Source: Eubacteriales bacterium (GTDB lineage: Bacteria; Bacillota; Clostridia; Oscillospirales; CAG-272). Taken from it: a DNA stretch of 64,000 nucleotides. The stretch's first letter is position 1. Each line of letters begins with the position of its first letter. The position numbers and the translations under genes are program-made. Shown in pieces: positions 17,155 through 24,917 of the stretch. The stretch covers positions 981 through 64,980 of the forward strand of contig JAZQJB010000042.1 of assembly GCA_045541375.1 (NCBI GenBank), read 5' to 3'. The notes beneath the pieces were generated by a model. It saw only the letters and a program-made list of their open reading frames with translations. It made no database searches and had not been told where the DNA came from.

Positions 17155-17817
17155 TTACTGAGCGAAGCTGTGCTCAACCGCTACGGTTGCACCCTCAACG
17201 AGAGTGGGAATGCTTGCAGCATAAGGATCAACGATACCGCCGAACTGAACTGCACCCCATACTGCAACGATGCAGTCACCGGGCATCTTAACGATAACGA
17301 GCTTCTCGGGAGCGCCGCAGATCCACTGACGAGCAAGGATGTTAGCCTTGATAGCCTCGATCGCTGCGTCAACGTCGGTGCCTGCCTTGAACTGAACTGC
17401 GAAAGAATTGAATACGTTGGTGTTCATCATATTGAACATGGAAGCAGCAGACTCGATAGAAGCAACCTGAGCGGTGGGGATACCAAGGTTCTGGTCGTAA
17501 TCCTCGTCAGCGAGTGCAACGAAAGCTGCGGGGCCTTCCATGCTGGTGGTTTCAAAGTTGTTGATGTTTCCGCCTGCAACGTAAAGCTTGGTCTCATCGG
17601 TAGCCTGTGCTGCGTTGTAGCCGTTGTAGATGATGGTGAGAAGCTCGATAGCGGACTTGTAGGGAAGCTCAACTACGGGCTCGGTTGCTTCAACAGTGGT
17701 CTCGGGAGCAACAGTGGTCTCGGGAGCCTCGGTGGTCTCTTCACCGTTGCCGGTGCATGCTACAAAGCTCATGGTGAGCATAACAAGTGCAAGTGCGAGT
17801 GCGATGATCTTTTTCAT
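17155..17817 (-). CDS. Lipoprotein, DUF4358-like
   Basis: Lipobox MSFVAC, TTEAPETT linker. C-terminal pattern AVQFKAGTDVDAAIEAIKANI..RQW is reminiscent of DUF4358. Confidence 0.65.
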   Translation of the reverse strand: MKKIIALALALVMLTMSFVACTGNGEETTEAPETTVAPETTVEATEPVVELPYKSAIELLTIIYNGYNAAQATDETKLYVAGGNINNFETTSMEGPAAFVALADEDYDQNLGIPTAQVASIESAASMFNMMNTNVFNSFAVQFKAGTDVDAAIEAIKANILARQWICGAPEKLVIVKMPGDCIVAVWGAVQFGGIVDPYAASIPTLVEGATVAVEHSFAQ

Positions 17818-17859
17818 TTTTGGTTTTCTCCTTTGTGTGTGAAAATTTTATCTTTTAAT

Positions 17860-18414
17860 TTATTTTTCTATATTAACGTACCAAACGTGGGACTCGCCGT
17901 CCTGTGTGAGTACGATATTGTAGCCTCTGTCGGTCTCGATGATGCACTCCTCGGCATCTCCGGGAAGGGTGACGATGAGAGAAACGCTGTCGGAAGCGGC
18001 ATATTCCGTGCCTTCGTAAAGCGTCTCGCCGTTCTCGTCGAGAACAAGCATAGTGCCCGAGGTAAGTGTCAGCTTCGTTTCCTTCTTGAATTCAAGCTCA
18101 AGGGGAAGGTTTACGTCCTCGAGTGCGTGGGTATCAACGTAGTATGCAACCGCGCGGGGCATATATTCCGCAACGGTTCTGGGCGAATCCGCAATGCTTT
18201 CGCCGTAGAGAAGAACGTCCTGCCCGCCGATATTGCCTGCGATCAGCACGCCGATCGCCAGGATGAGGCAAGCGGCAACCGCGCCGTAGCGGTAGACGTT
18301 ACGCATCAGCGTCCGCGCCGTGATCTTCGCACCGCGGGTTCGTCTTTCATCGGCTTCGGCTATCAGGGCGTCGTCGATGTGTGTCATGGCCTGCGCCAAA
18401 ATTTCATTTTTCAT
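17860..18414 (-). CDS. Putative membrane-anchored anti-sigma factor
   Basis: Short cytoplasmic N-terminal region, one TM segment (YGAVAACLILAIGVLIAG), extracytoplasmic domain. Located directly downstream of an ECF sigma gene. Confidence 0.55.
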   Translation of the reverse strand: MKNEILAQAMTHIDDALIAEADERRTRGAKITARTLMRNVYRYGAVAACLILAIGVLIAGNIGGQDVLLYGESIADSPRTVAEYMPRAVAYYVDTHALEDVNLPLELEFKKETKLTLTSGTMLVLDENGETLYEGTEYAASDSVSLIVTLPGDAEECIIETDRGYNIVLTQDGESHVWYVNIEK

Positions 18415-18432
18415 TGATAAGTGCCTTTTCTG

Positions 18433-18987
18433 TCAGATGTGTATTTCGTGTTCGATGAGGTGGTTTTTCAGCGAAAGTCGCATTCTGTGAAGGATCGATT
18501 TGACCTTCGACTCGGACATATCAAAAAAGTCTGCGATATCCGAGATCGACTCGCTGTGGAAGTAGCGGCGCACAAAGACCTTTCGCATTTCCTGCGGTTG
18601 GGTGTAAAGGAATTCGCTGATGATCTTGCCAAGCTCCTCGGCGTTGTCCGTAAGAGTCCGGGGATCCTCGATGCATTCGTCGAGCTCCTCAAGCGAGAGA
18701 GCGAATTCGCCTCCGCCGCGGCGCTCGGCGTGGTTTGCCTTGTGGCGGTTGATCGAAAAGTTTCTTGTCAGCTTTCCGAGAAATGCCGAAAGGTTTTCGG
18801 GTCGGTGAGGTGGTATCGAATTCCAAGCCGCAAGCAAGGTGTCGTTTACACATTCCTCGCTGTCCTCGCGGTTGTGCAAAATATTCATTGCAATATTCAT
18901 ACAGTAGGTATTGTATTTTGCCGAGGTCGCCGCAATGGCTTGCTCGTCACGCGCAAAATACAACTCCACAATTTTTTCGTCTTGCAT
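18433..18987 (-). CDS. ECF-type RNA polymerase sigma-70 family factor
   Basis: Region 2 (EDSEECVNDTLLAAWNSI) and region 4 (SISDIADFFDMSESKVKSILHRMR). ATG at 18987 follows GGAGG. Confidence 0.85.
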   Translation of the reverse strand: MQDEKIVELYFARDEQAIAATSAKYNTYCMNIAMNILHNREDSEECVNDTLLAAWNSIPPHRPENLSAFLGKLTRNFSINRHKANHAERRGGGEFALSLEELDECIEDPRTLTDNAEELGKIISEFLYTQPQEMRKVFVRRYFHSESISDIADFFDMSESKVKSILHRMRLSLKNHLIEHEIHI

Positions 18988-19267
18988 ATTTGCCTCCAAT
19001 GCCCTACACCTATATACACAACAAAATTTTCGTTTGGTTGCATGGTTTCGGAAATTTTTTTGATTTTTTCGAAAAAAATTATAAAAAACACATTTTCGTC
19101 GCATCAACTTCTATTATACCATATTTTTCCGACGGAAATCAATAATAAATTGCTTTTTATATGTTACAAAACAGTGTAGGGAGGTGTAGATTGATTGATA
19201 AAAATAAAATGTATCCCAAAAACGAGAGCTTAAAATATGATATTGCTATGAGTACGCTTGTCGTTTA

Positions 19268-19635
19268 TGCAGTACAGACTCCGCCACCCCTCATTCGTCG
19301 CTTCGCGCCACCTTCTCCCAAGATCCGGGAGAAGGCGAAAAGTTTGTGCTATCCGCTTGTTTGTACAGCGAATGATATTCATTACAATAATTCAGTTAGT
19401 CAAAGAGGAATATTTTTATATAAATAATTTCGCGCTCGTAATAGAATTTTTGCAAACTATTTCAATAAATTATTCCTATTTGACCAACAAACGTTTTTAT
19501 CCTAAACGGTGTTCGCTGAAACGCAAAGAAGAGCGAACCAAACTAACTGTTCGCCGGAGGCGAACTATGCCTTCTCCCGGATCTTGGGAGAAGGTGGCGC
19601 GAAGCGACGAATGAGGGGTGGCGGAGTCTGTACTG
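19268..19635 (+). repeat. Large hairpin-forming intergenic element, copy 3 (perfect 67-bp terminal inverted repeats)
   Basis: 19268-19334 is the exact reverse complement of 19569-19635. Conserved core at 19405-19475. Confidence 0.85.
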
Positions 19636-19725
19636 CACATCAGACAAACATTTGCATTAAATTATCACCTTATATCTGACGCACTCCCTTACGGTCGAGT
19701 AGAAATTGCCGGTTTACTTCAATCA

Positions 19726-19761
19726 TAAAAAACCGCCCGCACTCGGAAGTAAGTGCGGGCG
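19726..19761 (-). terminator. Terminator after the M23 peptidase gene
   Basis: CGCCCGCACT/AGTGCGGGCG stem with a T-run on the minus strand. Confidence 0.8.
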
Positions 19762-19768
19762 ATTGTGG

Positions 19769-20593
19769 TCAGTCCTCGTAAACGTTTTCGGGCTTTCTTG
19801 CAAGGATCTCGAGCGCGGATTTAGAAAAATACTCGAGCGGGTCGGCGTCCTCGCCGGCTACCTTCATTTCGAAATGCAGGTGGGGCTCCTCGGCAAGCTC
19901 GAGAACTCCGCCCTCGCCGACGGCGCCGAGAAGAGTGCCCTCGCTGACCTTCGCACCGATCTTGATACCCTCGGCAAGGGTATCGTCAAGTCCTCGGTAG
20001 ACGCTGACGGCATCGCCGTCGTGCTCGATCCAGATGCACTTGCCCCAAAGAGGATCGTCCGCGATCTGCTTGACCTTGCCCTTCGCGGCGGCATAGACGG
20101 GCGCGGCTGCCTCGGTCATGATGTCAATGCCAAGGTGAACGCGCCACTCGCCGAGGGTGTTCGAGAAGACCTGAACGGTGGGGTCGTGCTCCTTGCCGAG
20201 AGTTCCCTCCGCGGGGAGCGAAAGGGTGGGAATGCCCGCGGCAACGGGCACGTCGGTCTGCTCGCCCGATGCGGCGGTATCGGCGGGTGCCTGAGTTTCC
20301 GCGGGAGGCGCAGTCGTTTCGGGCGCGGGCGCGACGGTATCGGGCGTGCGGAGAGTGGTCTCGGGCGCGCTCGTCTCGGCGGGCTGACCGCGGCGAGCCT
20401 TGTTGGCGGCGGAAGTCATTGCCACCGCGGCGGCAAGAACGATGAGAAGAACGGCGACCGTCAGATAAACGGTACGATTGACGCGCTCGGCGCTCTCGTT
20501 CCTCTCGACAGGAGATTTTTCACCCGCCTGCTTGATCTTTGCGGGCTTTTGCGGGAATTTGATCTTTTTTGATCTGAATGGATTGAATTTCAT
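19769..20593 (-). CDS. M23-family metallopeptidase with an N-terminal membrane anchor
   Basis: HLGIDI...IEHDGD...HLHFEM LytM motifs. ATG at 20593 follows AAGGAG. Confidence 0.85.
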   Translation of the reverse strand: MKFNPFRSKKIKFPQKPAKIKQAGEKSPVERNESAERVNRTVYLTVAVLLIVLAAAVAMTSAANKARRGQPAETSAPETTLRTPDTVAPAPETTAPPAETQAPADTAASGEQTDVPVAAGIPTLSLPAEGTLGKEHDPTVQVFSNTLGEWRVHLGIDIMTEAAAPVYAAAKGKVKQIADDPLWGKCIWIEHDGDAVSVYRGLDDTLAEGIKIGAKVSEGTLLGAVGEGGVLELAEEPHLHFEMKVAGEDADPLEYFSKSALEILARKPENVYED

Positions 20594-20692
20594 TTTTGGC
20601 TCCTTTTGATTGGTTACAGTCATATTTTTAACCAAGGGAGGAGGTTTTATTCAGTTTGGCAGGATTTATCGTTTGGGTGTTCTTGATATTGA

Positions 20693-20959
20693 AGTGGACA
20701 GTGGTCAGTGGACAAATAAGAGTGGACAGTGGTCAGTGGACAGTGGACAGAAAGATGCGAATGATAATTTAATTTTGATTTTTGCCTTCCATTGTTCCGG
20801 CAGATAATTCAAAAAAGGAATCGGATATTAAGAAGATTACTTCAAAATATCCGATTTCTTTTGTTTATTTCAGTTTTGCAGTAAACAGCGTTTCAGACGT
20901 ACTGAACAAAATTATTTGCCCGCATCTTTCTGTCCACTGTCCACTAACCACTGTCCACT
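20693..20959. repeat. Heptad-repeat inverted-repeat element, copy 2
   Basis: Arms at 20721-20759 and 20921-20959, plus an extra partial arm at 20693-20714. The right arm is the exact complement of the copy 1 left arm. Central hairpin arms at 20819-20829 and 20846-20856. Confidence 0.8.
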
Positions 20960-21948
20960 CATTTCCTCTTCCACGCCTCATAAACCCGCATCGCGCCAAA
21001 GTTCGATGCAAGAGTCGCAACCTCATCGGGCACGGCTATAAGATTTTCGGTTCCGGCTTCGGCGAGGAGGATCATAAAGACGGTCTTAAGGGGGTCGCCG
21101 CCGCCTACTACGACGGGCTTGCCCTTCGACTCGGGCTTTGCGGCAATTCGTGCGACTGTCTGAATGTCATCGTGCAGAAGCGCGCCGACGAAGAAGTTTG
21201 CCGCCTCGTCCTGCGTGTAGCCGCCGAGGAGTTGGAGCATTCTCGCCTTGATGAGCATAGGCGAGAGACCGTATTTATCCGCCATTCGCCAGCCGAGAGT
21301 GAGCATTTCGGGCATCACCTCGCGGATGACGGGGTCGGGGAGTGCGCTTTTGAGCATCGTGTGCCCCGAGATCGAGGCAATAAACTCGCCGCAAAGTCCG
21401 CTGCGGATCGAGCAGATCTTGTTACCCACGACCTCCATGACCTTATTATGCGATCCGGGAAGGGTGATGATGAAGTCCTCGGGGAGTCCGAGCGCCTCGC
21501 TGATTCCGTAGATCTCGCTTTCCTCGCCGCTCATAGACTCGTAAGTCACGATCTTGGTTTCAAGATCGGCGTCATCCGCGGGGAGGGTCTTGACGCCGGG
21601 GATGAAGAGGATCGGGATCTTCGTCACGTCCTCCATAACGGTCATCCCCGCCGCTTTTACGCTTTCGGGAATCCACGCGGGGCAAACGGCGTGCGGAATT
21701 TTGAAGATTCCAACGTCGCTGGCAAGCGTTCCCGAGGAAAGAACGACCTCGATGTCGCCCTCGGTCAGCGAATTGCGCTCGAGAAGCGTCTTTATCAGCT
21801 TCGAGAGCGTTTCCTTGAGAATATCCGTCGAGCCGCGGAAAGCGCCGTCGCGGATTCCGCACTTCTCGCGCTCCTGGTCAATAAGCTTTTTTCCTTCAAA
21901 CAGGCGGCAACGCATATTTGTTGTGCCGCAATCAACTGTGATGATCAT
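20959..21948 (-). CDS. 2-dehydro-3-deoxygalactonokinase (DgoK) family sugar-acid kinase
   Basis: VDCGTTNMR, SGEESEIYG, LPGSHNKV and CGEF parallel the E. coli DgoK motifs DWGSTNLR, RGEETQLIG, MPGTHCKW and TGEL. Confidence 0.72.
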   Translation of the reverse strand: MIITVDCGTTNMRCRLFEGKKLIDQEREKCGIRDGAFRGSTDILKETLSKLIKTLLERNSLTEGDIEVVLSSGTLASDVGIFKIPHAVCPAWIPESVKAAGMTVMEDVTKIPILFIPGVKTLPADDADLETKIVTYESMSGEESEIYGISEALGLPEDFIITLPGSHNKVMEVVGNKICSIRSGLCGEFIASISGHTMLKSALPDPVIREVMPEMLTLGWRMADKYGLSPMLIKARMLQLLGGYTQDEAANFFVGALLHDDIQTVARIAAKPESKGKPVVVGGGDPLKTVFMILLAEAGTENLIAVPDEVATLASNFGAMRVYEAWKRK

Positions 21949-21957
21949 TTTTACCTC

Positions 21958-23640
21958 TTAATCAATCGAATATGTAAATGCATTTCTGCCCGATTTCAGG
22001 GCGAAATCAATCGTGTAGCAAGGCGCGGAGCCGGCAAAGGTGTGCATTTCAATAGCAACCGACTCAACAGCGTCGGCATCGTAGGTCAGAAGAGAATCAA
22101 GAATGGCGATCTTGCCGCTTTCGATCTCCTTCGGCTCGCGAATGCAAACGACTCGCTCAACGATCTCCCCGCCGCCGCTGTAATCAAAGCGGTCGGTGAC
22201 GGATGCGCTCGTTTCGGTGAAGGAGAATCGGCGCTCGATCGAGGAAAGTTCCTCGATCCCGTAGGCGGGAGCTATGTCGAGGACGAATTCATCGCCGTCA
22301 ACGCGAACATCGCGCGCACAATATTCCTTGCCTGGCTTCTGTCCCTCGCCGCCGATGATGGGCAGGCTGTGTCCGTCGGATCGGGTGTGGAAGAAGGTGT
22401 AACGCTTCGAGCCGAAATAATCCTTGCAGTATTTGCCCGTGCCCGGGTCGGCAAGGACCTGGACGCCGTTCTTGGCGAAGATGAAGGAGCCGACGTCGTT
22501 ATGATTGTGGGGCTCGTTGTTGTGTCCACCCTTCGCCGCAAAGCCGTAGGCGGGCGTTTTCTTGATGTACCACTGCGCGCCCTCGGCAAAGAAAGCGCAT
22601 CTGTCGTCGGGAAGCGCATCGGTGTCATATTCCTCGCGATACCAAAGTGCGGTGCGGAGATGCAAACAGAAGCGGGCGCAACCGTCGTAGGTATATGACA
22701 AACTGCGGTCATAAACTGCAACGTCATCGGGATAGACCGATTTCAGATAGTGCACAAGTCCGATCTGGTAGGCGAGCGAGGTACCCGAATCGGCAAAGCT
22801 GATCGAAGTGCGTCCCGAAAGGAACATTTTTTGAATGTATGTCGCAATCGCGCGCACCTTCGGGCGGGTGAAATAGTCGAGCTCACCGCCGGTGAATTTT
22901 TTGACCAGATCGGCGTAAACGGTGAAAAATCCGAAGCCGTAATGCCAATATCCGCTGCCCTCAACGCAAAATCCATCGTCGGCAAAGCCGCGAAGATAGC
23001 TCTCCATCGTGTCGGAAATGCGATCGCGGAGCTCGTCGAATCGCTCGGGATGCATCAGCATAACCGCACCGCAGACCGATCCCGCGCAAACAGCCGCCCA
23101 GTTGTTCGTGCATCTCTCCCACCAAAGCTTGTTGAGCTTGGTGGCATAGGGCTCAATGATGCGGCGGTCGATCTCCGCTTCAATGCGTGAGGCAACAAGC
23201 GGATCGAGACGATCCTTGAGCATTGTATAAATTTCCGCCAAAGCAAAGCCCGTTTCGGCGGCAAAAAGGTCGACCATAAGGCTCCCCACGTTATTTGCCT
23301 GACCGTAATGCGCCGGCAAGCACCAAGTATACTCGTTGCAAACGGCGAAAAGCACGTCCTGCAGATAATCCAAATACTTTTCCTCTTCGGGATAGATCAG
23401 CGAAAGGAAGGTGCAGGCGTTCATCCGCAAGCGGCGGTTGAAGTAAACGGATTCATATTCGCTGCGGCTTCCCGTGTCAAAATAGATCTTGAAAAGACCG
23501 TAAGTCAGCTCGGGAATCTCGCGACCCTCGCAGAGATTTTGATAAAGTCGAAGATTGTCCTCACGAAAGCGGGCATAGCAGTCCTTCTCGCGAACCTCCG
23601 CCCAAAATTCTTTGTCACAAGCGCGTCCAAGTAAGCTCAT
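21958..23640 (-). CDS. Heparinase II/III-like family protein, no signal peptide
   Basis: HNHNDVGSF motif. ATG at 23640 follows GGGAGG. The ORF-track extension to 23841 runs antisense through the tRNA-Arg gene and is spurious. Confidence 0.75.
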   Translation of the reverse strand: MSLLGRACDKEFWAEVREKDCYARFREDNLRLYQNLCEGREIPELTYGLFKIYFDTGSRSEYESVYFNRRLRMNACTFLSLIYPEEEKYLDYLQDVLFAVCNEYTWCLPAHYGQANNVGSLMVDLFAAETGFALAEIYTMLKDRLDPLVASRIEAEIDRRIIEPYATKLNKLWWERCTNNWAAVCAGSVCGAVMLMHPERFDELRDRISDTMESYLRGFADDGFCVEGSGYWHYGFGFFTVYADLVKKFTGGELDYFTRPKVRAIATYIQKMFLSGRTSISFADSGTSLAYQIGLVHYLKSVYPDDVAVYDRSLSYTYDGCARFCLHLRTALWYREEYDTDALPDDRCAFFAEGAQWYIKKTPAYGFAAKGGHNNEPHNHNDVGSFIFAKNGVQVLADPGTGKYCKDYFGSKRYTFFHTRSDGHSLPIIGGEGQKPGKEYCARDVRVDGDEFVLDIAPAYGIEELSSIERRFSFTETSASVTDRFDYSGGGEIVERVVCIREPKEIESGKIAILDSLLTYDADAVESVAIEMHTFAGSAPCYTIDFALKSGRNAFTYSID

Positions 23641-23716
23641 AATGCGCCTCCCAAATATATTTTCTTCATTATATAATAATATGGGCAAAAAGTCAAGCAC
23701 CGCGACAAAAAAAGAC

Positions 23717-23745
23717 TTGACTTTTCCTCCCCCGCGATGTATAAT
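23717..23745 (+). promoter_or_regulatory. Promoter TTGACT-N17-TATAAT dedicated to tRNA-Arg
   Basis: The -10 hexamer ends 10 nt before the first tRNA nucleotide. Confidence 0.75.
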
Positions 23746-23755
23746 AATAACACAT

Positions 23756-23832
23756 CTGCCCGTGGCACAGCTGGATAGCGCGTCAGACCCCGACTCTGAA
23801 GGACGCAGGTTCGAATCCTGTTGGGCAGGCCA
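23756..23832 (+). tRNA. tRNA-Arg (anticodon CCG) with an atypical C at position 33
   Basis: Cloverleaf folded by eye: acceptor CTGCCCG/TGGGCAG, D-loop AGCTGGATA, anticodon stem TCAGA/TCTGA with loop CCCCGAC, T-arm GCAGG-TTCGAAT-CCTGT, encoded CCA. It has its own promoter and terminator. Confidence 0.8.
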
Positions 23833-23875
23833 AAAAGACACGAAGGGGACAAAGTCCCCTTCGTGTCTTTTTGTT
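23833..23875 (+). terminator. Strong terminator directly after tRNA-Arg
   Basis: 17-bp stem AAAAGACACGAAGGGGA/TCCCCTTCGTGTCTTTT followed by a T-run. Confidence 0.85.
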
Positions 23876-24000
23876 TTGTTCTATTGATGAAGAACCTCTT
23901 GCTGTTGCTCCGCAACAGCAATCATTTGCGCGCTACCGCCGCATATCAGTTTAGCACAAATTATGCGCGCAAATATAGGTTCAGAATCCTTTCACCTCAA

Positions 24001-24100
24001 AATACGCAATCAAAATACGCAATTTTTGCGTATTTTATTTTTTATAAATACGCAAAAATTGCATATTTCTATTGCATATTTATAATAATTATGATATAAT
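24001..24100 (+). promoter_or_regulatory. Operator array (six TTGCRTATT 9-mers) overlapping tandem promoters of the XRE-MntA/HepT operon
   Basis: Sites at 24001, 24014, 24026 (inverted), 24047, 24059 and 24072. TTGCAT-N16-TATAAT ends at 24086 and TTGCAT-N17-TATAAT ends at 24100. Confidence 0.65.
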
Positions 24101-24117
24101 ATACACGAGGTGATAAT

Positions 24118-24588
24118 ATGACGCTACGCGAATTAAGAAAAAATAAAGGCATTACTCAGCAAAAAGCAGCAGAGTTCGTGGGTGTACCTCTGCGGACTTA
24201 CACCAATTATGAAAATGACCCCCAAAAGCAATCGAGTGTAAAATATAAGTATATAATCGATACACTCCGCACATACGGATATATTAATGAAGAAAACGGT
24301 GTGCTCACTTTGGATGAGATCAAGAGTGCTTGCATTTCTGTTTTATCCAAGTATCCCGTAGAATACTGCTATTTGTTCGGATCATACGCAAAAGGGAAAG
24401 CCACTCCCTCAAGCGATGTAGATCTATTTGTCAACACCTCTGTAACGGGATTGCACTTTTTCGGCTTGATTGAAGAACTGCGCGAGCAACTGAAAAAGAA
24501 GGTAGATCTGCTTGATCAAAGACAGATAGAAGGCAATTTTGAGCTGATGAACGAAATATTAAAGGACGGAATAAAAATTTATGGATAA
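24118..24588 (+). CDS. XRE-type HTH domain fused to a MntA-like minimal nucleotidyltransferase (type VII antitoxin)
   Basis: N-terminal LRELRKNKGITQQKAAEFVGVPLRTYTNYE (HTH_XRE) and C-terminal LFGSYAKGKATPSSDVDLFV (GSx10DxD NTase). 8-nt overlap with the HepT gene. Confidence 0.85.
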   Translation: MTLRELRKNKGITQQKAAEFVGVPLRTYTNYENDPQKQSSVKYKYIIDTLRTYGYINEENGVLTLDEIKSACISVLSKYPVEYCYLFGSYAKGKATPSSDVDLFVNTSVTGLHFFGLIEELREQLKKKVDLLDQRQIEGNFELMNEILKDGIKIYG

Positions 24589-24916
24589 TGTCAAAGGCGA
24601 CGCATATTATGTTGCAAAAATAATCAAAGACGTTAAGTTTATTATTTCCCATACACAAGACTTGACTCTTGAAATACTCGAAAGTAATGAAATACTATGT
24701 GATTCGATCCTTTTCCGTCTGATTCAGATCTCCGAAAACTCGGCAAAACTCACACCCGAGTTCAAATCGAGTCACCAAGATATTTATTGGGCAGCAATCA
24801 AAGGTATGAGAAACAAAATTGTGCATGAATATGGCGACGTAAAACTTGACATTGTTTATCAAACCGTCACGCAGGACATACCCGCACTTTGCAAGCTCCT
24901 CGAAAGGATTCAATAA
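24581..24916 (+). CDS. HepT-like HEPN (DUF86) toxin
   Basis: RNKIVHEY (Rx4HxY) HEPN motif, 111 aa. Confidence 0.85.
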   Translation: MDNVKGDAYYVAKIIKDVKFIISHTQDLTLEILESNEILCDSILFRLIQISENSAKLTPEFKSSHQDIYWAAIKGMRNKIVHEYGDVKLDIVYQTVTQDIPALCKLLERIQ

Positions 24917-24917
24917 T

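Noticed and set aside
23641-23841. N-terminal extension of the heparinase-like ORF (ORF-track start 23841), and ORFs 23612..23887 and 23637..23921.
   Set aside because: They read through or antisense to the tRNA-Arg gene, its promoter and its terminator. A GGGAGG-ATG start at 23640 gives a sensible protein.
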